From positions 728,696-792,695 of the forward strand of contig NMRA01000003.1 of assembly GCA_002633005.1 (NCBI GenBank): a stretch of 64,000 bases of DNA. Reading direction: 5' to 3'. Of this stretch, positions 1 through 12,400 are shown piece by piece. The number at the start of each line of letters is the position of its first letter. Within the stretch, counting starts at the first letter, position 1. The notes below the pieces were generated by a model. The model worked only from the letters and a program-made list of their open reading frames with translations, searched no databases and was not told the origin of the DNA. The position numbers and the translations under genes were made by a program. This DNA comes from Phoronis australis (Eukaryota; Animalia; Phoronida).

Positions 1-365
1 ATGCATTGCTGAGGGAGGTCACTGCTGCAACCAGACAAGCTTCCTGTTGTAACTGGTTAAAACAATGCCACATGCAAAAACAAAGACCTGATCTCACCAG
101 CACGAAAGACTCTTGAGTTAGAGCAGAATGCAACCATTTTTCATGTTACCTTTCGTCACACTGCAGGTCCCTGGTTTTCTTAGACATACATTTTTACGTG
201 TTAATTGCAGTTCCCAGCATATATTTATGGCATGTTTTCATGATTGGAAAAATATCTCTTTTGTGACATCGTAAATATTACACTTTGAGTTGTGCACACA
301 TTTTACAATTTACGTGAGCAAATGAAATTAACTTTAACTTACATCTGAATAAAAAACATAGTTAC

Positions 366-487
366 CCTATGACCAATAGGTGGCTCCACTGGAGTATCCA
401 CAACATCCATTCCTTCACTATTATTAAATGAGGTACTTTGTCCCGCTAGGGCAGCTACAGCAGCGACACCCAGGAGATGATCATAAA
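366..487 (-). CDS. PLA2G6: PLA2G6 coding exon 10 (linker before patatin domain)
   Basis: Acceptor cattttag, donor AGG|GTAAC; reads FYDHLLGVAAVAALAG...PPIGHR; phase 1 to 0. Confidence 0.8.
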
Positions 488-3400
488 CTAAAATGTACTA
501 ATGTAATGTACTTTCAAAGAAATTCATTCAAACACAGCAAATCAATTATCTTCTAATTCAGTATTTAAACAAAAAAATCACCTGACAAAAAACTTAAACC
601 CAGGTGCAATTAAGGCAATTGGATACCTTATTTATTAAGGCTCAAATTTCTTAAATAACTCTAGACTTTAAGTTTTAATTGTAAACTCATGAAGATTTAA
701 AATCCTGGATGACAACAGAATGCCCAGATGTTCGTAATCATGTGACTTGAAAATCTTGAACTTAACATACAAAAATGCTAAATTAATAAACACGATTTAC
801 TTTCATCACGCTCCTGGTTTTTTTAAGAAAGAAGTAGTTGACTTGAGAACGCCACAGTCATGACATGCGCATGTGCCAGTCGCACGTCTTACGTCATTGA
901 CAAGCGACGCAAAATCGGAAGCAAATGACAACTTTGCCGTTACAAATTTTGATGAGCAGTTTGGTTCAATTGTTACTAAATACTCTCAAAATAACAATGA
1001 CATGAAACCAGTCTGGACAATTTGTTGTGTACTAACATAATCAGGAAACGCAAGGACCCATGACTGAAGAATCGACGTAAAAAGACATTATGGTGCTCTC
1101 TTTTGTGGATAGTTCAAATGATTGACGTACACGATCAATTCACAAAATAATATAGTTGCAGGATAATGGTTGTTTTTCAACAGGAACCAGTTTTTCAATC
1201 AGACAGTCATTACTGTTTGTATGCTGACTGACACTATTAACGTAACAACTTTACACTGTATACCTGCAGTTGGCAATCCCTGGAAGCAAGATCTATTTCA
1301 AATTATATGACATTTTATTTTGGAAAAACACAAAGGCACCAAAAATTCCTTTTGCTTTACCACTGAGGTGCAGCGACCTTTATCACATCGAGCAGCTTGG
1401 CTGGTCAGATGGGATCTGTGTTTTGCTGCTCAAGCCTGGAATATAAACAATGCATAAATATTGAAAGTAAAGTATACATACACTTTTTCTGGTGGTCATT
1501 GTTAGTCTGTATAGGATTTCCTTGAGGGTAACCATTAAATGTACCACCAGCCTTACACCCTTTGGAACAGCCGGTCATTTGCTTAGGACAGCGGAGAGCT
1601 CCGGTCATGCATAGGGTGTACACATGGATGTCCCTGGAAGTAATTCATGTTCATTGAATTAAATTCGGATGACCATATGGCAATCTTATACTGTTCTAAA
1701 ATGAGTGAAACCATTTAGGTTTAAAACTACCAAGTATTATCGAATGGATTCAAAGACAATAGGTGCTTCCTCAGTTCCAATATAAAGCATACCAGTAGGT
1801 TTTCACAATAATACATAGTAACCACTTCAGCTGTATGGCTCGAAAGGTAACCTCTAAGAACTGACTCGGTTTGCTTAAATTTTATAACTTAGAAGTGCAC
1901 ATTAAGCAAAGAGCTTCCAAATAGCATGTCATGAACATGAACTTTAACCAACATTGCCTCATCACAACTCGTTTCATACACATTCTTTCACCCCAGTTAG
2001 TGAGTTATAAGCCATACTGGGAACTACTTTCCTATGAATAGTACAAGGCTTGGGTTTTTGTTGACAAAACTATTACTTCACCAATTTTTGAAAATTGAAA
2101 AAACCCACAGTCTAATTTTTACTTCTCTATTTAGATTTTGCAGTTTCCATTAGTTTTCATGTTCCTAAAAGTAAACAGAATAGTACAGCGAGGAGACTTT
2201 CAAGCATTCTATTCTGATATGATACGATAACAGCAATTACATTCACTATGTGAACTAGTGAATAGAGACACCCTATTGATGACTAGTCCCTAAGTGAGAC
2301 TTGAATGAGGATAGAACCAGTTTTGCTGACTACCTGACATTAGAGAAATTCAAGATTTCTCCAAATGGATCCTTACCTCGTTTAAGGGGATGTTTACAAC
2401 ACGGTAACACCACCCATGTCAGAAGTGAACAAGTGTCAGATTAGGATATTGAAAGAAAGCTTGTTGACACATTTGTATACTGAACACTTACAGCACGACC
2501 ACCATAGATATCTGTGGTCAGTTTCAAGAAAAGTGACTTAAGACTTTAGACTGAAATTTGGTCTTACGGGCCACACAAATACTTCTGAAAAATAATTAAA
2601 GAATGGAAAATTTCTGAGAATATCCACATGGCTGATAGTTACTGACATAAATTATATGAATTATTTCTTGACTGTGATGTTCTAATTACTAGGCTAAACA
2701 TTTTACAGCAATCGCAAAGTGACGGGACGTAAGATCAAATTTCTGAATTTCTGTTTATGTGATTTCCATGAAACAGACTGGTGTAGCACAGACATGGTTA
2801 ATGTAAAGTTTGATAACATTTACACAGGTGATGTTATGTAATCCAAAGACAACCCAAACTTGACAAAAGTCGGCAAATCGTCCAACTTACCCCATGGTGG
2901 AAGCATTTTCCTCACTAAAAGCAAACACAGTTTCAACAAAACACATCTTCCAAGAAAATTTGAAACCTACTACTATGATATAAAGTTATGTAGGACCTTA
3001 CCGACAAGTCTGTGCCTTCCCATAAATATCTACAAATTAATGTAAACTATTTAAAAGTATATATTTCTTGAAAAAAGAAAGTCTGCTGAATTTGTTTTGA
3101 CTTTACTACCAATCTGTAATTAAATTGGTCACGTGACCCCGTCTTTTTAGGAAAAGTTAGCAAAAAAGGGAAAGGTATAACAAAACAAAAAAAGTATCAA
3201 TAACACGGTCAAATTTCATTTGGTAGAAATCTTGGAGATGAAATCTCAAAAACGCTATCACAGTTTTCCTCCCATTTCCTTATGAATCTTTTTGATTTTT
3301 TCATCAAATCATACAGGTCCTATTTTTCTGATAACCCCTCTTTAAAATCAATTCCTAATAGTGTTTTGGAGAACAGCATATAAAACATAGTATCCGAAAG

Positions 3401-6400
3401 TTTCAAACAAATCCAATCAGCCATTTCTGACACACAGTGTTCCGAAGTTCGCCAAAGTTGGACATTTTCTAGGGTCCTGCATAACCTTAATAAGCACAAC
3501 CTGACAAGAAAGCAGCCAATCAAAATCAAAATGATAAAAGCTGAGAGACGTTACGTGGTCCATGCAAAGTTCCAAAGATGATGAGATGCGCATATAGTTT
3601 ATGTGATGTGTAATATACCTGTTAACACCAGTGCCAGTAGCGGCCATGTGTCTAGGAGTTATTCCTGCATTGTTGGGCTTGTTGACGTCAGCACCAAACA
3701 CCACCAGAGTGCGCACCAAGTCAATGTCATCAGTCTACATAAAAACAATCAACACATTTTCTGTCATGGAATATCCCAATAAAAGCTGTCCTTACTCACA
3801 CGAAGAAAACATAAAGCCAAGTAGGTAACATTAATACCTTCTTAATGTCAGGGCGTCAAACTACTACTCGGATTTTCCGTAGGTAAGCCCGTGGGCGTGC
3901 ATTTGGAAAATGAAAATTTTGAGGCATTTTAGTAACACCAAATAAACTCCCGAGCATTTATTTGGAAAAGGGGGCTTATAAATGAAAAGTCATAGTTTTG
4001 CTGACTTTGACATTATTTACTTAAACCATGTTTATAAATTTTAAGTTAATAAATGCATAGTTCGCCAACATCTTGTTTGTTTGTATAACTGATAAATGCT
4101 CCACAAAACTGAATTTGTGACAAAAAGTTGACACTGAGTGGGTTTAAAGAGGAAATTTTCCGAATAAACGCTTCGCTATCTGGACACTAGAAACCAGAAG
4201 TTGTAATACCAAATGAACGCCCACGAGTGTTTCATCGGGTGGGCTTATCTACAGAGCCCATTAATAAAACAAGAGCAACGCGGAGCCTTGAAATGCGCCC
4301 ACAATTGCACCGCATACGGTATCCTTCTAGGGTTGTTTATTGGTACCATAAAGTGGCCAGTAGAGGGCATACTTTGCAAAATGGAAAGGCATGGTCATTG
4401 TCTCCTCAATAGGCTAGGGGCAAAATGTGAGTAATCTTCATAATACAAGCACATCCTATACACCAGTTGCTTAAAGCACCACAGAAACATAGAATTAAAA
4501 ACAAATTTACCAACATACGAGATTAGCACAGCATTAGAATGCCAGAAACAAATTTCTACTTGGAACTTTTCCTTCACAGTCACGAAGTAACACAAAGTAT
4601 ACACCTAAAGACCTATGAAAATACAGAGGTCAATGTAAAATACTAAAATTGCCACTAGAGGCAAATACTAAAATTGCCACTAGAGGCATACCGGTAATCA
4701 GAATCATCCTAAAGTCGTCATCGTCCGTTGTCAACATCACATAAATACACTTGCTAAATTTAGTAAAGATCCTGCAAACGGTTTGGGAGATACAGCCATG
4801 GGCGCAAAAAAACAAAACTGCCACTAGGAGGCGCCACAGTAGTCCAAATCGTCTGAAAATCATTGTCAGCTGTCTTCCTTATAGTAAGCACATACACGCC
4901 AATTTTCACAATCATCCTTTGAGCGGTTTGGTTGATAGAGGGGTGGACGCAAAAATACAGACTCGAAAACAGTAAAAATGGCCACTAGGTGGCGCAAACT
5001 ACGTCGAATCCATCTGAAAACAGTAGGATAGCGTCATCTCACTAATAGGTGCCTACATACCAAATTTCATGAAAATCCGTTCAATACTTTTGAAGATACA
5101 AAGGTAAGCGTAAAAAACTAAAATTGCCACTAGGGGGCACACCGGTAGTCGGATCCGACCAAAAGTCGTCATCTTCCGTTGTTAACATCATATAAATATA
5201 CTTACACAATTTGTAAAGATCCTGTGAACGGTTTAGGAGATACAGCCATAGGCGCAAAAAAACAAAACTGCCACTAGGAGGCGCCACAGTAGTCGAAATC
5301 GTCGGAAAATCATCGTCAACCATCCTCTACATAGTAAGCATATACATGCCAATTTTCACAATCATCCTTTGAGCGGTTTGGTTGATAGAGGGGTGGAAGC
5401 ACAAAAACAGACTCGAAAACACTAAAAATGGCCACTAGGTGGCGCAAACTATGTCGAATCCATCTGAAAACGGCAGGATAGCGTCATCTCACTTCTAGGT
5501 GCCTACATACCAAATTTCATGAAAATCCGTTCAGGACTTTTGAAGATACAAAGGTAAGCGTAAAAAACTAAAATTGCCACTAGGGGGCACACCGGTAGTC
5601 GGATCCGTCTGAAAGTTCGCACATACCGTCCCATTCATGAATGGAACATATGTGCCCAATTACATGAACGTATGTCAAAGGGTTTTGGAGATAGAGCAGC
5701 GGACGCCGGACGGACGCCGCCCGGACGGACGGACAGAGATGACGGCATAATGCGTCCACATATAAATATGTGGGCGCATAAAAATTACATTGACATCATC
5801 AGATAAAAATATCCAAGTTTTCACTTTATCTCAGATTGCAGCCACCTGCAACGTAAGATGCTAGCCAGGATCAAACCTCGCGTCTCACCACAAGACAAGA
5901 AATAATACAGTAATATTCTGTGGGTTTCATTAGCTACAGGTTCACACTTTCACAATTATAGTTGAGGAGAATTAACCAAACTCACCTGTAAAGCCAAGTG
6001 TAAAGGCGTGTTACCGTTGTCGTCTGACATGGAAGGGTTAGCTTCACGTGACAACAAGGCTACGGCACACCCCACTGGTCGTCGTAACTTGATAACGACA
6101 TGAAGTGGGGACTCCGAGCGTGCATTCACCTGGTTCACTGGACAGCCGTAACTAACCAACAGTTCAACAGCCTACACATATAAAGTAATATACAAAACAT
6201 GTGTTTGTAAAAATAATTCATAACACTCGGATAAAACAAAAAAAAAAATAAAAGAGCATCCCCTTTTGCCAAGATTTTGTGAGAAGCAGTGCTCTTAATA
6301 TTGTCTGAACGTGTTGACTGACTGAACTTTCAAAACTATTTCTATCTGCAGCAATTAAAAAACCCTTAACATTCCATCAAAAATGAATTCACAGCAGATA

Positions 6401-9400
6401 AACGGTGCACCAAGTTGCCAGATAGTGGGGGGGGGGCATTTTTTTCACAAACACAAGTCAATTGTGAAAAAAGATAGATCCTCACACAAATTCGTTTGAC
6501 GTTTTGCTGCAGTTTCGATCTTGCGCTCACAACGCACTTTAACCACAGATACTTAGTTTCTGTTCTCCATGTTCATACTTGTTTTTTTGAGATTCAATCT
6601 CTTGCATGTTTAATACCAAGTGCAGTATTGACCTATATATACAATAGCTCCTCCCCATGACCTATATTGAGCCAAGACTCTGAAAAATGATTCTGACAAT
6701 ACAAACTTTTAGTGATAATTAATTTTAAAGGTAGTGCAAATTCAACTGAAATTGACAATAAATTAATTAAATAGCAAAGTAAGCACATAGGTATCTTGTG
6801 CTGAGTAGTAATTTGTTTTAACAAACGTATGGAATGAAAACCTTGGGAATGTCAAGGGTTGTCATGTTTGCTGCTTTTTCTCGGTTCCTGCTGAACGTCA
6901 GTCAACGAGTTGTTTTGCTATGAATGTATCTTTAAAAAAAAATTCAAAATTTTACAAAAAATACATACAGACGTAAAAATAATGATGAAAAATTAGTACC
7001 AAACATATTTTCAGAATCCCTGATCTTTTTAATTTCAAAAAATGTATACTTTACCAGTTGAGATATCCCAGTTTTTACATAATTGAGTGGAAGGAATTAA
7101 ATAAGGTTTGACATAACAGTAATCATCTCGCTTACCTCTCTTGACTTAACCCAGTGCATTGGAGTTCCTATGAACTTGTCGTCTTGAGCAAGGGCCAACT
7201 GAGCACGGTATTTACATAGAGCTTGCGCACAACTACAAAAAATCATTAAGGTAGGTGGATACACAAAAAAAATAATTTTGACTGTTTTTTACATTTTCAT
7301 ATCATCCTAATCTTTAATTCTTGATGCACAGTATACTGAAGAAAAATAAAATCATTCTGAAAATCCAAAGTTGTTTTTTTAGCTATATTTGACCAAGCCT
7401 CAGTAAGTCATATGGCTTGAGCGCTCACCAGCTCAGTGATTGACAACTGGGGCAGAGCTTATATACAAGGACACTAGCTCCAATCTAACCCTGTCAACAA
7501 GCATTGCGTAACCGGGCAATCGAGAGTGATGTACCAGCTGATATTGGTGTTGTAGCAAGACCAAGAATAAAACAATTCTATTTTTGACCATGTGAAAGTT
7601 AGTAGTGAAATGGTGAACTAGCTCCTGTTCCGAGCCTGAGCCTGTTTGTCTATCTGCAAAAAAATTAAGTTGAGTACGCCAAGCCCTACCGAAGCCATCA
7701 CTGCACTCAGCTTGAGGAGTCCGTGCAGAAATTGTGCATGTATAAGAGAAGTCGGTAATATAAGGTCAGTTGTCTTGCGAGAGGACGCTGAGTGTCGACG
7801 TGGGTGGTGTTGCACGATTCGGTGAGAGTGCATACACGCGCTGTGAAGACAAGCCGCGCGCGCGACACATGGACAACTACATGCCGTCAGAGTAGAGTCT
7901 TCGCAGATAAACCGTGCTTCTGTGCTGGGAACGTGCCGTGGAGAAACTAGGCTGTCAAACCCAGAGGATTTTTAACTTGCCACTGGCCGTAACCCAAAGA
8001 ATTAGAGAAATGACCCAGTGTTCAACATAACAAAAATTTTTCTAGTGCATAGATTCAAACGTAACCCTGAATTAAAACTCATGATATTATACGATTTTAG
8101 AGGAAAGCAATATAAGAAACTTTAGTAACTTGAGAATCTCACCCAAGCGGCGCTATTTGCGCAGAAAGTGATATTTTCTTATCCCAAAGTCCATTCGGTA
8201 CAGGCACGTAAAAATGTTGAACCATTACTATGAAAGTAGTTCTTTATCCTCGTCGCCAATATTGTTATGTAGGCAGTAACGCGGCGATTTGATATAACAC
8301 ATATATTGGTTGATGATAATATTGGAATACTAACAAATAGGTCTGTGTAATATAGTTAGAGAGTCTTTTACAAACTGAGTGGAGAGTTCAGATGAATCGT
8401 ATAAACAATCAACACATGGTGGTCGGCACACCAGTACAGCAGACAATAGATCAACGCTAAGCTCCGCCCACGTGACAGCCATATTTGTTTTGGTCGTCTG
8501 TCGTGCATCACAAGTTCGAAAAAATGATTAAAATTACGCTGTAAACAAACAGGTATGTCACATTTTCTAAATATGAAGTAAATATCAGCTTTATTTCTAG
8601 TACTTCAACAAAAATTGGAACATAATGACCACGCATTCTGAACGAAATTTGATCTCAAGTGGCAATCGATGACCGCTTAACTTCAAAGCCGTTTTTCTCG
8701 GCTCGTGATTTCAGGATAGTGACACGATTCTCGGGCCTATTTTTCCACAACACGTGGGTCAATTTTAACGAAAGTTGCAAATTTGAAATCCTCTTGGACT
8801 GAAGTAAAATCGCGTGCCAGGGTTTTTTGATAAATGGACCAGATTTTTAGTTATTAGACGGAAAGTGACCAAATGACAAAAAGTGGCGTGCTTGCCCCAA
8901 CTCACACACAAAAAATGCCACAAAATCAAGATCATAATGATTTTGTACATATATTTGGTATGGATAAGTAGAATATTGCGTAAGGAAATAGTTGATGATG
9001 ATCCCTGTGCATTTTGAAAAAAAATTCGAGGTAAAATTGGATTTGTTGAAAATTAAAAAATACGATTTTTTAAAAAAACGAATTACAAAAAAACATTTTT
9101 TTTTCGATTTTTGTCACTTTCAGAGTCATGTCTAACTAGTTAAAACTCCCTTTTTACTCATTTTAGTTAGGAACCTGGAGATTTGATCAGTGTATACACC
9201 TACCTTAAAGTATCAAAAGGAACTGGTGACATTTCACAGCATGAAGTATACAAAAAAACCACAAAGACGTTTATTGAACGGTTTAAACACCAGAGACGGT
9301 TTCTCCTTTCTTTCAACATCTACTGGCTCCGCGTTAAATCCCACCAATTTCGGACAAAAATAACGACCAAAAACGGGCATTTTTTTCTTTTTTCAAAGGC

Positions 9401-12400
9401 TTCTAACATTGTTGTGGATGTACGTAACTTTTCAAGATATTGTCTGGCAGAAGCTACCGCACAAAATCTTGAACATGTAAAAAGCATTACTTTATTGCTA
9501 CATATCTTTCAAGAGAATATTCAAAAAATAAAATTTAACTTGTCAGCCATATTGTGTCCTGGTTACTTAATATGTGTTACACTGACATAGACCCACAACA
9601 TGTCTTTACAAAAACTGTGCTCCGTAGACGTAAGAAACTTGTGAAAACACAAGATGACGTAAGTCTTTGTAAGATATTCCCTTGCACTATAATCAAAGTA
9701 TGTGAAAACAGTTAGCTTTTCTCACAAGTGTCTAGGGTCTATAGAATGCAGATCGAAAATTGCGACTAACCTTTTGTCACAAGTTAGTATTTAATTTCCG
9801 AGATTAACACAACAGCACTCTGTTTAGACACTGATTGAATTAGAATACATAGAACACGTGTAAGTGTATGCTATTGATACCTTAGATTGTTCATCTTGAG
9901 AGCACAGTGGATAGGAAAGCGTGTTGACCTTGTCATGCAGGGATCGGCACCATTCATTAGAAGAGCTTCGATGTTTCCATGTTTGTTAGAAAGAGCAGCG
10001 GTGTGAAGCGGTGATTCTCCTTCTCCATTTGGAAGGTTGATAGCTTGTTGATTCTTGCAGGCTAAAAGCTACAAGAGGAATAAGTGTTTGACACTTCGTA
10101 ACACTTGGTTCAAATGAAGGACATTTTACCAAGGACTTACACTTTACTCACTGGTTGAAAAATCCTTAATAATGACAAAGAGAGCACATTATATAAACAT
10201 AGTGACACTAAGAAACATTGCAGGAATGATGAAAGACTGTGTCATTTTAAAAATGCGAATTGCCTCTTCGAAATCCCTAGATTCTAAACCTTTTCAAAAC
10301 CAATTCAACAACAAAACAATATCAGTGTCCATTTCAGACATGCCTCCTACATCCTGTCGGCATATTGTGAAGAATTAGTACTCTGCATGATTCTCCAATC
10401 TACTCAACACACATTTAAGACTTTGCGGGCAAATGGAGCCATAGTAATATTTTTCTAAAATGAATGCGTTAACGAAGTCTAAATGACAGTGTAAACGGAT
10501 AACACAAGCCTGCGAGCATCTATAATGGATGCATATCCAAAACGTAAGGAGGGAAACTTTGTAAGCAACAATGACAGCATATAAACAGCCCACCCAAAAG
10601 GATGACATTGAAAATATTTTATATGCTCACTCTGATAACAGCAGGAGTTGAGGAGTGTGCTGCCACATGGAACACAGTGGATCCTTGAGAGTCGGTTAAG
10701 GACAGATCCACGGGGGTGATCAGTAATTCCCTGATACACGCTTCCTGATTGGCTGCTATGGCAACGTGTAGTGGGGTCAGGCGTTGAGAACCGCACGGCA
10801 TATTCACTTGACTGAAAATAGCAGCAGTATATTATTGGGTTCTGACTCATTTGATTGATTTTGTGTTTCATCATTTTAATCGGTGTGTCCATATCACCTT
10901 GTACTCTGTCCACCACTCAGAGACGAGAGGTGTCGTGTTTATCTGAGACGAAGGTGAGGACACAAAGTAATGACATTAACAAATCTTGTTATGAGTGTTA
11001 ATGACTGCAAATGTGTTCAGAAACTTACTAGGTTTTACTGAAACAAACACACTTTAAAGCTGACCGGGTAGTGAGCTAGCCACTAAGTAGCAATGTCAAT
11101 CATATCTTAGTTCAGTGATGGGTGAAGGGAAACTATTGAAACAATGATTTGACTGTAAGGCATGAGACTTTGTAGATATCCCAACATACAGCACATTGAT
11201 TGTTTTTGTATAACTTTTACTCAGACAAATTTTATGGAACGGGAACTCTGCAGGTAGCAGTGGATATGTTGCCGCAACCGTCACCGGGTTTAACTGGTAA
11301 GTGGACAAGCAAGTCGGCTTTCAGTGTAAAAATGACCAATCCACTGGTTACTGCTTGAGAGGAACTGACAGTTGGTTTTGCTTACAGTGACTGTAACCCA
11401 TGTTTAGTCCAAGAAGAGAGTCTTTGTTTTAGACCATTTACTTTGGTTGCAACTTGTTCTTTCTTCGCATGAAAACTGACTTGTGGGTTTGCAAAGAATT
11501 GACAGTTTGTAAGTCTGACTTATTGCAAGCTCCGCCACATTGCGAAAAGTTACGTAACAACCGACAAACAAACAAACAAAAAGTTTTACCGGACAACATG
11601 ATTCTTGTAGGCCAAAATGGCAGCCTGGAAATGAAGATGTACCAAGAATGCTGCGTTCTGACTGGTCAGTTAAGCCGTCACTCAAAATCCTGGCGACAGG
11701 TCAATTGCCAGAGACCATGCTAAGCGCATGAAATGACGCCATGGCAGGACAACTTGTCAAGCCGGATCTCAAGCAATAACAAACTGTATGTTCTTTTAGA
11801 GCCCTGAAATTACTTCTGATTTGACTATTAGGAACAACTTGAGGCCACTTTCAGAGCAGTCAGTGGTGTAAATCAAAAAACCTTTTTGTGCCACTTTAAT
11901 TGCCAGCTCAGAGCATATGTCCCATCAGGCCATTCTAACTTACTAAGCCTCACTAAGTTTAGAAATTACTCCTAATCAGGGTACTAAGGAACAACCTAAG
12001 ACCAGATTTAGAATCGTGGTAGATGTCACGCATGGTAGTGAGCATGCTGTTTTGTACGTCAGGGATGATTTATCCAGACTGTTGCCTGTTTCGTACAGTA
12101 CAAGCCAGACAGCCACAATGACCTGTAATTCCCGTCATGATGGCTGGGTGAAATCCAAATTCATCGTCATAGTCAAGTCTACCCTCATAACTGAGAACAA
12201 AGAGAAACTGACAAGAAAGTTAGCATGGCGACTAAGCCATTTTACAATTAGAATTTTGCCCCCATAACCAGTATAACTGGCCATTTTTGCTGTTTAATAA
12301 CAGCATTAAGGGTCACAATGGGGAAATGGTATTTTGTTGGGTTACTTTAAATTTGTGACGTAGAGGCATTATTCACATGGCTAAGCATTATTGCTATAAG

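Noticed and set aside
1381-1435. Acceptor-like ttccag 46 nt after PLA2G6 exon 9
   Set aside because: All three phases hit stops quickly and the intron would be very short; exon 9 joins 487-366 in phase
4640-5600. Regularly spaced conserved motif resembling a CRISPR array
   Set aside because: The spacers are themselves repeated at a 450-bp period, the context is a eukaryotic intron, and there are no cas genes; it is a HINE satellite
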